Made by a program: the position numbers and the translations under genes. A stretch of DNA of 64,000 bases, from NCBI GenBank assembly GCA_964016885.1, contig CAXHJY010000834.1:62001-126000 (forward strand). Reading direction: 5' to 3'. The stretch's first letter is position 1. The number at the start of each line of letters is the position of its first letter. The stretch is from Eledone cirrhosa. Its lineage: Eukaryota. The notes beneath the pieces are model-generated. The model saw nothing but the letters and a program-made list of their open reading frames with translations. It did no database searches and was not told the DNA's origin. Shown piece after piece: positions 35,415-48,610 of the stretch.

Positions 35415-36277
35415 CTTTCTCTTAATTTTGAGTATAATTTTTTTCGACCGGCCACCTTCCTGGTTGTTAAAGAAAAGAAATTGTCATCCCTTGAATCGCA
35501 AGAATGTTTTGCAAATTTTGAAGGTGCCAGCTAGCGCAGCCATTTGTAGACTATGAATTAGGGAGCTGCGCTTTTCGTCCTCAAATCCAAGTTCAGTCAT
35601 ACTTTGGTCCAAGCGGGTTGGTATATAACCCGTAGCTCCAATAATGATGGGTATGAAGCTAAAGGTGTATCTTGGATACTGGATTTGTAAACTCCTCATC
35701 AATGGTCCGTAGATGTCCTCCTTCTCCTGTATTTTTCTGACAACGTTTACATCAAGTGGGCAGCTGATCTCCACAACAGAACACATTTTCAATGTGTGGT
35801 CCCAAACAACAATAACAGGCCAGTTGTGCTTTAATTTGGTGGCAGTTTTTATTTTCAGGTTCCACCAGTATTCCTTAGTGCCATCTGTCTCAATATATTC
35901 TTCCTCGTTTGTTGTTAATTTTGTTTTCCAAAGTGCGTTCCAGATGGTTCTAGCTCTCCAATCGTGTCTCATGGGGAGGTAGTAGCGAGATGACATTCTT
36001 TCGCAGCTGGCAACAATGTGGCTTACATCCTCGATCTTTGTTTTACATAACCTACATCTGCTGGCCCTCCTCTTTTGTGCAGCAGATATTTGGTAGGGAG
36101 TTCTTGTTCCTGTATTGCATAGAGATATCCCTCAAGGTGTGATGTCATAAACTTGTCGGAACTCCATGCCAGGCTTTTTGAGGGGTTTATCCCCTCTATG
36201 ATCTGTGTTTTACGCCTCAAGTATCCATGCACAACTTTTTCTGTAAATTGGTCAATTTTTTTATCTTGTTTGAACAT
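35415..36277 (-). mobile_element. Restriction-like-endonuclease non-LTR element (R4/Dong/Rex6-like), 3' fragment
   Basis: [13 protein letters not shown], then CRLCK..SHIVASC..RHD (CCHC), then KHNWPVIVV (degenerate RPD), VVEISCP, K..Y and PIIIGATG. It is flanked on both sides by TA-rich microsatellite. Confidence 0.85.
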
Positions 36278-36311
36278 TGAATATATATATGTATATATAT
36301 ATGTATGTATG

Positions 36312-36348
<37 letters not shown>

Positions 36349-36420
36349 GTATGTATATATATATATATGTATGTATATATATATGTATATATATATGTAT
36401 GTATATATGTATGTATATAT

Positions 36421-36463
<43 letters not shown>

Positions 36464-36564
36464 TGTATGTATATATTTATATATATGTATGTATATATTT
36501 ATATGTATGTATATATATATATGTATATGTATGTATATATATATATGTATATGTATGTATGTAT

Positions 36565-36604
<40 letters not shown>

Positions 36605-36651
36605 GTATATATATATGTATGTGTATATATATGTATGTATATATATGTAAG

Positions 36652-36688
<37 letters not shown>

Positions 36689-36697
36689 GTATATATA
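36278..36697. repeat. (TA)n/(TATG)n microsatellite
   Basis: Direct reading. Confidence 0.95.
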
Positions 36698-37040
36698 TGG
36701 AGGCACATGGCATAGTGGTTAGAGCATTGGCCTTGCAATCGAAAGGTTTTGAGTTCAATTCTCAGACCGGGTGGTGTGTTGTTTCCTTGAGCAAGACACT
36801 TTATTTCACATTGCTCCAGTTTACTCAGCTGTAGAAATGAGATGATAGGGACCCCAGTCCCTATCATTCCACTGCAAAGTGGTCGTGGAGGTGCCACGGC
36901 AAAAAAAGCACCCAGCACTCACTGTAAATGAGGTTGGTGTTAGGAAGGGTATTCAGCTGTAGAAATCAAGCCAAAATCAGTTCCCGTTCCACCCTTGCAA
37001 GCAGGGAAAAAGCGGACGTAAAATGAAATGATGATGATGA
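36698..37040 (+). mobile_element. tRNA-derived SINE with RTE-derived 3' tail
   Basis: A box tggcatagtgg, B box gagttcaattc, central ccttgagcaagacacttt domain, then sequence matching the RTE 3' UTR and an (ATG)n tail. Confidence 0.85.
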
Positions 37041-37180
37041 AATGATATATATATATATATGTATATATATTGTGTGTGTGTGTGTGTGTGTAGTAAAGAG
37101 GTTCATTGTTCTGATAATGGTCAATGTGTGTGAATTACTGTCATGTTGACAGGTCAACAGTTCAGGTGCCTATTAAGACA

Positions 37181-37217
<37 letters not shown>

Positions 37218-37559
37218 CAGAGTAATTCGTGGTAGAGGGATCGGCCAGTAGGAATGTTTCTGTAAGTGTGTGGGAGATATTTTAACATGTTGAAAGATAT
37301 TTTTCAGCTCTTGTCTTATATGTAGAAGTGTGTGTTTGTGTGTATGTCTCTTTGTATGTTAGTGTACGCGTGTGTATATATGTGTGTGTGTGTATATGTG
37401 TGTATGTGTGTGTGTGTGGGTGGACCAGTATTTTTGTGATACTGGTAAAAATGGTGTACATTATTCGATATTTTCAGCAAAAACGATTCTCTCAAGGGAA
37501 CATCAAAAACATTAATAATAAAAGGTGTGAAATGATATATAGTATTGTCATAACACCAA

Positions 37560-38735
37560 GGTGTGTGAGTGTGTCCAGATTGTACTACTGCAAGGGGAAT
37601 CCTGCCGTATTGGAATGCTGTGTGTGGGTGGCATTATCTTTACATTTGTATAGGGGAAAGATTCTAAAGTTGGGATGATTTGGGGCGGCACAGGTATCAA
37701 TGTGTTCACTCAGTGGTATTTTCCTGTATTCCCGTATTTTAATTTGGGATCTATGGAGAGTTATGCATTGGCGGAGGCTGATTTTGGTCTGGCCTATGTA
37801 TTGTTCTCGACAACCTCAGCATGTTAATACACATATTAGGTTTTCTGATGTGCATGTGAAATTGTGTTTTACTATAAAACGTTGTCCTTCTTTGAAATAG
37901 AATTCCGAACCCTCTATTAGGTTGATGTATATGCCACAGTTGGGTCTATCGCAATTTTTTACTGTGGGTTTCGTTGTTGTGGTTGGCAGTACTTTGGCAT
38001 GTGTTAGGATGTTTTTCATTGACTTAGATTGTCTTTTGCTCTTTATGATATTGTGTGTTCGAAGGATTTGGTTCATTCTATGGTCCTTTTTTAACACAGG
38101 GATGTTCTGGGGGATGGTGTCAAAGGCCTCATTGTTGAGGGGGTTGTGTGTGGAGATGTATGGAAGAGCTTTTAGTTTCGGTTGATTTACTTTAGGGTGT
38201 CTAAGGTCCTGGGTACTGAGTTTTAGGGCACGTTGGATTCCATTGTCAATTAGTGATGCAGGGTAGTCCCTGCCTATGAGTGTGTCCTTTAGTTCTTGTA
38301 GCCGTAAGTAACAGGTGTTTTTATTGGAGACTATAGTACAGATTCTCTTGGCTAAGTTGTAGGGAATATTAATTTTAACGTGTCTAGGGTGGCAAGAGTT
38401 GAAAGGAAGATATTGCTTGGAGTCTGTGGGCTTGTAGTATATGTCTGTTTCTATTTTTTTGTTATGGATCTTAATGAGGATGTCGAGGAAGGGGAGTTGT
38501 TGATGGCTGTATTCCATCGTAAAGTTAATATTCGTGTTGAGCCCATTTATAAGGGTGTGAAATTCTTTAAGTTTCTCAATGTTTTTGTGCCAAAGGATGA
38601 AGCAGTTATCTAGATATCGCTTCCAGTTCCTTTCTATGTGTAAGTGGAGAGTGTTTCCAAATTTGTTTAGTACTTTAGTGTAGAGGGTGATTTCCAGGTA
38701 TCCCATGACTAGGTTGGCATAAGTGAGGGCTGTTT
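37560..38735 (-). mobile_element. Penelope-like element: RT C-terminus, thumb and GIY-YIG endonuclease, 5'-truncated
   Basis: TYANLVMGYLE, KRYLDN (YxDD degenerate), LPFLDI, YYKPTD, SCHP and TCTSENLICVLTC. After a stop the frame continues GCREQYIGQT. Confidence 0.92.
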
Positions 38736-38743
38736 TCGTTTAT

Positions 38744-39420
38744 ATCATCATCATCATCATCATCATCATCATCGTTTAACGTCCATATTCCACGCTTGCA
38801 TGGGTTTAGACGGGAGTTTTCCCACTTGAGGCAAGAGTGGTTGTCTTGCTCGCATAGGACTGTCTGGCGGGTTTTCTACAGCTGGATGCCCTTCCTAACA
38901 CCAACCACATTTACAGTGTGGGACTGGGAGGTTTTTACTGTGTTACCTACACGGCCACATTACAGCGTGGACTGTGTGTTTTTTTTTTTTGTCGTGACAC
39001 CTACACGACCTCATTTGTTTCGGCCTGGATGTTGTGGCACCAACATAACTTTACATTGAAAGGGGCGGTGTGGATGGAGTGGGGTGGGGGACGGGGGTGT
39101 ATTTTGTTAGAGGTGCCTACTGACTGTAGTAGGTTTTACTTTGTATTTAGGTAAGGCGGGTCTTCTCTATTACTGAATACCGCCAAAGATCTCGGTCCAG
39201 TGACATTGTCTTGGAGAGGTGTAAGTGTGTGAGGTCGGAATTTATCAAGTCGTCCCAGGTTTTTCTGGGTCTGCCTACTCCGTGGCTACCGTCTATTTTT
39301 ATTGCCCTGCACTTTTTTATACAGCTGTCGTCTTTCATGCGCATCACGTGACCATACCAACATAGCCTTCTCTCGAGTAAACAACATCTGATCCCTCTTA
39401 TTTCTAATTTTTTCCTTAGT
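38744..39420 (-). mobile_element. RTE LINE 3' fragment
   Basis: ORF 39147-39347 ends SVIEKTRLT, as in the intact copy. (GAT)n tail present. Confidence 0.93.
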
Positions 39421-39423
39421 TTG

Positions 39424-39600
39424 AGTGAAAGAGTGAAGAATTACATGGTCGTCTGTACAAAAAGGGTTTAATTTACAGTATTAACAATTGTTTCATTGAT
39501 CAGGTCAGTCTAAAGGCCACTAATCACTCAAAGTTGCGTCACTACTATAAATAAAACCCTTTTTGTACAGCCGACCATGTTATTCTTCACTCTTTCACTA
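39424..39600. repeat. Fold-back terminal repeat (probable Penelope-like end)
   Basis: 39424-39475 is inverted to 39549-39599, and the same arm occurs at 8948-8999. The loop carries GAAAcaattgTT on the minus strand. Confidence 0.55.
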
Positions 39601-40149
39601 CTATTACTCCAAGAATAACCTGCATAAGAATTCTTGCGAACGCACTACCTAACTATGGAAACCTCTTGTTGAGTCAAAAACCTTTGAAAAACCTTTTTGT
39701 ATATATCGTTATTTTGTTGTATGTATAGTTTGTGCCTTCGGTCGGTTCTCTTGGTGTCACATTTTATAACTACGGTGTTTAACTCTGGACTTAATGTTTG
39801 TTTTTAACTTTGATCCATTGAGTGTTCTGTGATTGCCTCAAAACAAATTGAATTGTATATGCTGCACTGCAGCTAAAGTTTGATTTACAAATAGTGTATA
39901 TATATATATCATTATCATTGATTAACATCTATCTTCCACGCTAACATGGGTTAGACGGGTTTGCCCCATTTAGAGGCAAGTTGGGTTGGGTGACCGTGTT
40001 TCACTCATATAGGAGTGTTTCTGGCTGGTTTTCTACGGCTGGATGCCCTTCCTAATGCCAACCACATTGACAGTGTGTGATGGGTACTTTTTGCCGTGTC
40101 TTTTACATATCCACTTTACAGTGTGGGCTGGATGTTTTGTACCAGCATA

Positions 40150-40189
<40 letters not shown>

Positions 40190-40191
<2 letters not shown>

Positions 40192-40953
40192 AAAATTAAG
40201 ATAAATTAAATGAATTTAATCTAAATCGAAATTGTGGGTGTCATGCCATAACGGCGTGCGCCATATCGCCTGGAAATAAGCTCAAAGATAGATCCGAGCA
40301 TTTTATAATAACTAGAAATTGATTAACATATCTATATATATGAATAATTACAGGAGATAATTTTTACAAGCGTGTAACCACGCATGGCTAGTTGGGTAAC
40401 AAATAAATAAAGTTGACTACGACTTCAAAAATATATACCTTTAAGTATGATTAATCTTCCCTGTATATATCCCATTAAAGAAATATATTTCACCAATTAA
40501 TCAGATGGTAAGTCACGGAAAGTGGATATTATTGGATTGTCAACAAGGAAGAATAATGTTCAGCGATCCATGCTCACACAGCGAGTTCAAATCCTCATCT
40601 GGCCGCTATCACGTGTTGTGTCTACACATCACAACAGCTTTGTTTCAGTGGCGTGAATAGGTATTCGACAACTAGAAATAGCAGTCAAATTCCCTTCAAC
40701 AGAAATAGCTCTACAATTAAGGAGCCGTATTTATATATCTATATCCAAAATTAAGATAAATTAAATGAATTTAATCTAAATCGAAATTGTGGGTGTCATG
40801 CCATAACGGCGTGCGCCATATCGCCTGGAAATAAGCTCAAAGATAGATCCGAGCATTTTATAATAACTAGAAATTGATTAACTGTAATTGTAAAAATTAT
40901 CTCCTGTGATTATTCATGTATATATATATGTTAATCAATTTCTAGTTATTATA
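40190..40953. repeat. Composite direct plus inverted repeat structure
   Basis: Identical 139-bp direct repeats at 40190-40328 and 40744-40882. About 65-bp inverted repeats at 40305-40369 and 40888-40953. Confidence 0.8.
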
Positions 40954-41054
40954 TATATATATACATGCGTGCATATACATATACCATATATATGTAATAT
41001 ACATATATATATACATATACTTACACACTTCATATATATACACACATAAATATA

Positions 41055-44000
41055 TCATCAACCTCGTCAATTAGCGACCATCATTCATTGGTAGGACGGA
41101 TTGACCCTTAGGAAAAAAAGCAGGTTAGAGGACCATGTTTAGCTCACCCAGGGTAGACTATGGCTTGGTTTCTACAGCTGGGTCCCCTTCCTACCGCCAA
41201 CCACATTTACAGTGTGTGCTGGGTGTTTTTTGTTGTGTCACCTACATGACCACATTACAGTGTGGACCGGGCACCTTTATCTTGGGACTAGGGAGGGGAC
41301 AGAAGCTTGGGGAAAATGTGGACAAGGTAGGGGCGATATGGTTACTGCTATAGGAGGAGAATGAGAGGGGATAGAAGGTTGAGGAAGGTATTACCTACTA
41401 GGTATAAGTCTCAGCCTGAGAATAATAGAGGGCGGGTCTTCTGTAAAACTGCATAGCGGTCCAGTGTCATTGCCTTTGAGAGGTGTAATTGTGTAAGGTC
41501 AGCTTTTATTACCTCATCCCAATTCTTCCTAGGCCAGCCCACAACACAGCTCTGCACTTTATTACACAGCTGTCATCCTTCATACGCATCACATGTCCAT
41601 ACCAACGCAATCTCCTCTTCTGCATGCAACAACTGATCCCTCTTATACCTAATTTCTCACGCAGCATATTTATACTTTGCCGTTCACGAATATTGCTGTT
41701 ACACATCCAGCTAAGCATGGAGGCTTTATTTCTTTCCAATCTTTGCGGGTCCTCAGCACACAGTGCCCAGGTGTCACTGCTGTGCAACATTGTTGTTCGT
41801 ATACATGCATCATGCAGTCTGCCTTTCATTTTGAGGGAAAAACCTTTTGTAGTTAGTAATGGTAGTAGCTCCCTGAATTTTCTCCAACCCGATCTCACTC
41901 TGGTTACTGTGCTTTCAGAACACCTTCCCCCCACTACTGATTTGGTCACCCAGGTAACGGAAACTATTTACTACTTCAACCGAACACTCTGTACATTTGA
42001 AGGTGATTGTATCCTGAGGGTTCTTGCGACTTACTGCCCCTGTGCACTGGCCACAAGTAAAACCTACATTCTTTGTTAGCCTGTCTGAGATCCCACTACA
42101 TCTATTGTTTACCCATTGCTTGCATTTGGGACATAGGATGGAATTTCTACCTACTCCTTTTCTGCACACTGAGCAGGGTCATTTCGCAGAGGAGATCTGG
42201 GCCCTGTTATCCCTTTTACTTACTAGGACTTTAGTCTTTGCCAGGTTGACTTTAAGACCTTTAGATTCTAGGCTTTGCTTCCAGGTTTGGAATTCCATCT
42301 CTAGTTCAGCTATAGATTTGGCTATAAGGGTTAGGTCATCAACATACAGAAGTTCCCATAGGCAGCCTGTCTCAAAACTCCGTTGTTATTGCCTGCAGAA
42401 TGATAAACAGACGAGGGCTAAGAACAGAGCCTTGATGGACACCAACCTGCACGCTAAATTCTTCACTATAATCATTGTTAATTCTAACCTTACTGGCTGG
42501 CTGTTCTATACATTGCTTGAATTGCCCTCACAAGTCATTCGTTAAATCCTAGTTTCCTAAGAGACCACCAGATAATGGAACGGGGAACTCTGTCAAAAGC
42601 TTTCTCAAGGTCGACAAAAGTCAGGTGAGCTAAGGCTCTTTCAGTGACCTTTATAACCTAGTCAACCAACTTAATGCCTCTATAGTTTTCTCTATCTAGA
42701 GCATCTCCTTTGCCCTTGTAGCAGTATACGATGATGTTGCTACACCAGTTATTGGGTATGCCATCATTTTCTATGACTTGGTTTACAATGCAGGAGACCA
42801 TGGTGTGGCCCACCATACCTGAAGTTTTCAGCATCTCAGCATTTGTGTGTCATTTCTGACACAATTCTCTCCACTGACATCATAATTTTCCCTGACACAC
42901 TGTCTAGCGATCCTAAACACCTCACGCTGCAAAACATGCTTAAATTTTTTTGTTTTCTGCTTCCCTTCTAGCAAAGTAAACTTGTCGCCTAGCTTCTCTC
43001 CTAGCCTTCTGGTAAAGTTCCCTGCTACCCCCATTACGCCAATATTTCCAAGCCTTAATTGTCTCATCTACTTTACTATTCCACCACCAAGTCACTCTCC
43101 ATCTCCCTAGAGACCTACTCCAACCACAGATTTCATCTTTCAGGAACTCCCACTGCTCCTCTATACTGTATGTCTCTATTTGCTCTTCCTTGCTGTCAAA
43201 GGCATTGGTCAATATACTTCTAAATTTGTCACTGTTTGATGGGTCTTTTAACTTCCATACTCGACTCTTCCAGGTTGGCTTCTGTTGTTGAGTTCTAGCC
43301 CTGACTATAAGGTTGCTAACTACTAAGTTATATTGGAAGGTGCATTCTTCGCTGGGGAGAGACTTTGTGTTCCTAACAGTCACTCTGTCTCGTCTTCTAG
43401 TAACAATGAAATCTATTTGGCTGGCGAGGTCACCTGATCTATATGTGATTAGGTGGCTATCTCATTTTCAGAAGTTTGTTTTACAGATAGATAGGTCATT
43501 GGTATCACAGGATTCCAGTAGTCTGAAGCCTTCCTTGTTTTTAGTACCTTACCCGTAACCCCCGTGGATCCCTTGAAAGCCATCACAGAGTTGTCCCACA
43601 TGTCCGTTGAAGTCACTTGTAATGAGTAGGAAGTCATTGTCATTAATTTGGGAGGTAGTGAGCATTAGGGACTCATAGAACCTGTCTTTTTGTGTGTCTG
43701 GAGGTTCAGATATAATTGTCATGGTTGTTCTGTTTAGTACAAGTCTAAGTTTAATTATTCTGTCATTTACTCTATTTACAGCAATAACTTTGTTTACCCA
43801 CTTTTCTGCTACGAAAATCCCTACTCTACCCAACCCATCATCATTTCCCACCCAGAAAAATTTGTTGCATCGCTTTTTGCCTATCTCCATCTAGTCTCTT
43901 GTACACAGCACACATCCACTTTCATTTGTTCAAGCATCTCCACAATCTCTCCAGATCTACCTTTCATCGTGCCAACATTGATGGTGCAAAGTCTGAAGTT

Positions 44001-44400
44001 ATGGAGTTCGGGGGAAGAGCAAGAGGTAGATGGGAACTTGATGGGGGTGGGAGGGTAGAGTTGGTGTTGGTTTTCCATGTCTGAAATAAAGAAGAGCAAT
44101 TGCGTGATTGTCCAGAGGTGGTTGGTGGGTTCACATTTGTTGTTAGTAATGCTCCAACTTAGTAATCCATATGCCATACAGAAACAAATATCAGATTGAA
44201 AAACAACTGTCCTAAGAGGAGATTGAGTTAGCTGGTTACTAGTTTGTGTTGCAGAGGAGTGATTGGTTGATGTTGCAATGGTGGTGAGAAAAGGAAATTT
44301 TAAGATGGAGAAAAAAAAATAGGAGGGACGCCTATCTGTGAAAGGAATGCATGGATTAGGCATGGTTGGGTTGGAAGGAAAAAAAAAGAGATTACATTAC
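41055..44400 (-). mobile_element. Near full-length degraded RTE LINE
   Basis: ORF fragments run from TINVGTMKGR..VQETRW through [15 protein letters not shown] to RLRWYGHV, with frameshifts and deletions. Confidence 0.92.
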
Positions 44401-44515
44401 TTGACAGAAAACACAATAAGAATAATAATGAATCGTATCCAAGATAATTTGGGATTGAAGTGAATCCCAAATTATAATATATGTTCATATATAAATATAT
44501 ATGTATAAATATACA

Positions 44516-44755
44516 GTTTACTCAGCTGTAGAAATGAGATGATAGGATTGGGGTCCCTATCATTCCACTGCAAAGAAAAAGCACTCAGCACTCACTGTAA
44601 ATGAGGTTGGTGTTAGGAAGGGCATCAAGCCAGAATCAGTTCCCGTATGAGCAAGACAAGGTCAGCTGACCGGGCACTGCCCACAACAGGACAACCCATC
44701 TAACCCATGCTAGCGTGGAAGAACGGACGTAAAACGGTGATGATGATGATGATGT
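44516..44755 (+). mobile_element. 5'-truncated copy of the RTE-tailed SINE
   Basis: cagtttactcagctgtagaaatgagatgatagg..cctatcattccactgcaaag followed by the RTE terminus and (GAT)n. Confidence 0.8.
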
Positions 44756-44787
44756 TCATATATATATATATCTAATATACATATATA

Positions 44788-46020
44788 CAGGGTGTTCAGG
44801 ATAAATTTGATAAAGTCTAATTCTTTAATTTTTTTTCAGATATACTCTTGTATCTGAAAATTGAACGATATTGTGAAACTTAATCACTACAGTTTTAAAG
44901 GTATCAAAATTAACTGAAATGGACAAGTTGAAACCACCTACATATTCAAAATGGGTAACCTGGATCGTGATGATTCATGCCGAATATCAAAATTCTGCAA
45001 TCATGACAGCTGCTCATTTGAACAATAGGAAAACAATAATATGTCAAATGAAGAGCTGCAACAGAGACTATGAGGCTGTGGCTTGTAGGAAAGAACACAG
45101 CAGACGTTCTGATTGCTTCCGTACACCAGAATGTATCCAACAACTGCAGGAGAAAGTGATGGAACACCCAGGCAAGAGATTTTGAGCTTTAGTGCGGAAA
45201 ATGGGTGTTGCAGCTTCCACCATGAAGTTGCCATTGAATGAAGACCTCCACTACCACTCATACAAGAGGCACAAAGGCCAACTTCTTACAGAAAATGCTT
45301 GACAAAACCATCTGACAAAGCAAAGAAACTCCTGAACAAAGTTGAAACAGGGACAATCTGGATCTTCTCTGATGATAAGAATTTTTGTCAGGACCAGGTG
45401 CACACCCAGAACAACAAATGGCTTGTCTACAATCCATATGATGTTCCTCGTGTTATGAAGAACAAGTTTCCCCAAACTAGAATAGTTTTTGAATAAGTCT
45501 CCAGTGAAGTTGATATCATGCCACCTCACATCTTTGAACAGGGTCTCAGGCTCAATTCAGCTGGCTATGTGGAGTTGCTCATTACCATGGTTAAGTTTTG
45601 GTTGGAAAGGGTGGCATCTGGAAGACTATATGTGGTAGCAAGTTTCAGCTCCCTGCCACACCTCTGGGTAGACAAAGAAGTGGTTGTCAGAGAATTTTTA
45701 CAACCTCACCAGCCTCAACCTTTGGCCCCCTATCTCCCCTCATTGCAATCTTATGGATTATTATATCTGGGGCGCAGTTGAGAAAGACATCATCCGCACT
45801 GCCTGTAATACCAACACTCACAGCTGATCGACAAAATAAAGGAGGCGTTTGAGGATATCCCTACGGACACCATGAAGGCCACATGTGCCAGATTCTGGAG
45901 CCGGATCGAGGCCACAGTGGATGCTGAGGATAGCTTCTTCCAAATAATTATCTATTTAGATTGTTTTTATCTTTATGCCACTTTCTATTTTTTTAATGAA
46001 TTTATTTTTGGCTGAGAAAT
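44788..46020 (+). mobile_element. Older, diverged maT/mariner copy
   Basis: TA-cagggtg start. WIFSDDKNFCQDQ..QNNKWL and MPPHIF..GLRLNS parallel the young transposase. Confidence 0.85.
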
Positions 46021-46040
46021 TTAGCTGAACAAGCAGAATA

Positions 46041-46087
46041 CGCAATCTTGACAAGGAGCAAGACACTCCGAAACAATTATCAATTGT
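46041..46087 (+). ncRNA. Degenerate hammerhead-like motif
   Basis: gcaatc TTGACAA ggag caagaca ctcc GAAA caatta TC aattgt. Stem II is perfect but the core is mutated. Confidence 0.45.
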
Positions 46088-46218
46088 TTTCTCTCGGCTA
46101 CCGCTGGAACAAAAGGATGATGTCATCTACCATGTGGTGTTTTAAGAGGCTGTTTACTTGTAAACAAACTGAATATTAATAATGTTATGATATTATTATA
46201 TCATTATTACTTACTTAC

Positions 46219-46410
46219 GGCGGTGAATTGGCAGTATCGGTAGAGGGTCGGACGCCATGCTTTGACGCATAGAGTTACGGCCCTTGCCATTCTGAGTTCA
46301 AATCCCGCCGAGGTTAACTTTGCCTTTCATCCTTACGGGATCGATAAAATAAAGTACCAGTGATGTACTGGGTAATTGCTGGCCTTGTGCCAAAAGTAGA
46401 AACAATTATT
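46219..46410 (+). mobile_element. Cephalopod-type tRNA-derived SINE
   Basis: ggcggtgaattggcag..gagttcaaatcccgccgaggttaactttgcctttcatcc..gataaaataaagtaccag..tgctggccttgtgcc with (ATT)n tail. At least 8 related copies occur in the window. Confidence 0.85.
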
Positions 46411-46486
46411 ACTTACTCAAGAATACATTTAGGTATCCACCACATTAAGAACAAAAACAAATTTTGTTTTATATATATATATATAC

Positions 46487-48610
46487 ATGCTCTATTGGAT
46501 GTGTAATAGTAATATACATGAACAGCAAAACATAAACGAACTAAGTGAGAAATTAGGAATAAGAGGGATCAGATCCAATTTACTTGAGAGGAGATTATGT
46601 TGGTATGGTCATGTGATGTGCATGCAAGACGACAGCTGTATAAAAAAAGTCAGGACGATCAAAATTGATGGAAGCTATGGAGTAGGTAGACCCAGAAAAA
46701 CCTGGAACGACATGATAAAAACTGACCTTGCACACTTTCACCTCTCTAAGACAATGTCACTGGATCAAGACCTTTGGTGCTACGCAGTAATACAGAAGAC
46801 CTGCCTTCCCTTATGTGTGAAGTTAAACTTACAGTCAGTAGGTACCTCTTAACCAAATATACCCGTCACTCACTACCCCTACTTCATCCTTCCACTTCCA
46901 CCCACACCACCCCTTCTCTGTAAATGGGGTTGATATTAGGAAGGGCATCCTTCTCTCCTGCTCACTGCATCTGATCCCTCTCATACCTAGTTTTTCTCTC
47001 AGTTCATTTACACTTTGCCATTTGTGCATATTACTATTTTACATCCATTGGAGCATGTAAGCTTCATTTCTTTCCAGTCTTCATAGGTCCTCTGCACACA
47101 GCGTTAAGGCCTCAGTTCCATGAAGCATTACTGCTCATACCCATGCATCATACAATTTGCCCTTCATTTTGAGGAGGAAACCTTTTGTAGCTAGTAGTGG
47201 TAGTAGTTACCTAAACTTCTTCCATCCCTTTCTCTCTCTGGCTACTACTTTCAGAATACCTACCTCCATGGTTAATTTGATCACCCAGGTAATAGAAGCT
47301 GTCAACTACTTCTATGGAACCCTCAAAGCATTTGGTAGAGCTTGTTTCATGTGAGTCCGTGCTGCTTACTTCTCCTGTGCATCAATCACATACAAAGCTT
47401 ACATCTTTTGCTATCTTGCCTGAGATCCCACAACATCTCTTGTGGTACCATAGTTTGCATTTGTGACCAAGGATGGACTTTCTATCTGTTCCTTTTCTGC
47501 ACACTGAGCTAGGCCATTTGCCTGAAGAGATCTGAGCCTTATTTTCATTTCTACTTACTAGGACTTTAGTCTTTGCCAAGTTAACTTTAATAAATAAAAG
47601 TAGGCTAAAAACAGAACCCTGATGGATACCTACCCTCATACAGAAATCTTCACTATATTCATTGTTAATTCTCACTTTGCTGACTGCCCCCCTGTACATG
47701 GCTTCTACAGCCCTCAAGCCATTCATATATTCCCTAAGAGACTACAAGATTATGGAGTGAGATAACTTGTCAAAAGCTTTCTCAAGGTAGCGGGGCTTAC
47801 ATTTGGCTAAATACTTCTCCTAAAGGTATCTCGTGAGGAAGAGGGCAACAGTTGTACTACAACTCATCTAAGTTAACTTAATCCCTGATAAGTTGTGCTA
47901 TAACTTCCCCCCATAACTTTCATCACCTCGTCCATCAATTTGATGCCTCTATAGTTTCCTCTATCTAGTGCATCTCTCTTACTCTTGTAGCAGTTGCTGC
48001 TGCTGCTATGCCAGTCATTAGGTATGATACCATCCTGTATTACCTCATCATCATCATCATTTTAGACCACTTTTCCCTGCTTGCAAGGGTGGGACAGGTT
48101 CTATTCAGCACAGCATCTCTCCACTTGTCACGATCTTTGTCATCTCCTCCGTGAGCTTCAGTTTTTTGTGGTCTTCCTCTCACCACCTCCGCCCATGTTT
48201 TTTGTGGTCTTCCTCTACTACGTCTTCCTTCTACTGGTATTTTTTTGGCACTTCTTTAACCAGCGGTCATCCTCCATGTGCATCACATGTCCATACCATC
48301 ACAGTCTTCTCTCCTGACAATACAACTTATCCCTCTTATGCCGTTTCTCTATCAACTCATCAATGCTTGGTCGTTCACGTACATTGACATTACACATCCA
48401 ACGGAGCATGCTTGCTTCATTTCTCTCCAGCCGTCGCATATCCTATGCAGTTGCTGCCCATGTCTCACTACCATGCAGCATCGCGCATCTCACACAGGCA
48501 TCATATATCCGGCCTTTCATACGCAGGGAGAAACCCTTCTTTATCAGCAGAGGAAGCAGCTCCCTAAACTTCTTCCAACCCATCCTTATTCTAGATACAG
48601 TGACCTCATG
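46487..48610. mobile_element. Cluster of degraded RTE fragments (plus 46487-46950, minus 46950-48045, minus 48046-48610)
   Basis: ORFs 46487-46852 and 47382-47726 plus antisense translations match the RTE C-terminus. Confidence 0.85.

Noticed and set aside
36698-36770. tRNA gene (also 58800-58870 and 55420-55490)
   Set aside because: The cloverleaf is imperfect and continues into a SINE body, so these are SINE heads.
31747-36918. Many Tyr/Ile/Met/Cys-rich ORFs (also at 8701, 21165 and 37328)
   Set aside because: They are translations of (TA)n/(TATG)n/(TG)n microsatellites that lack stop codons, not genes.
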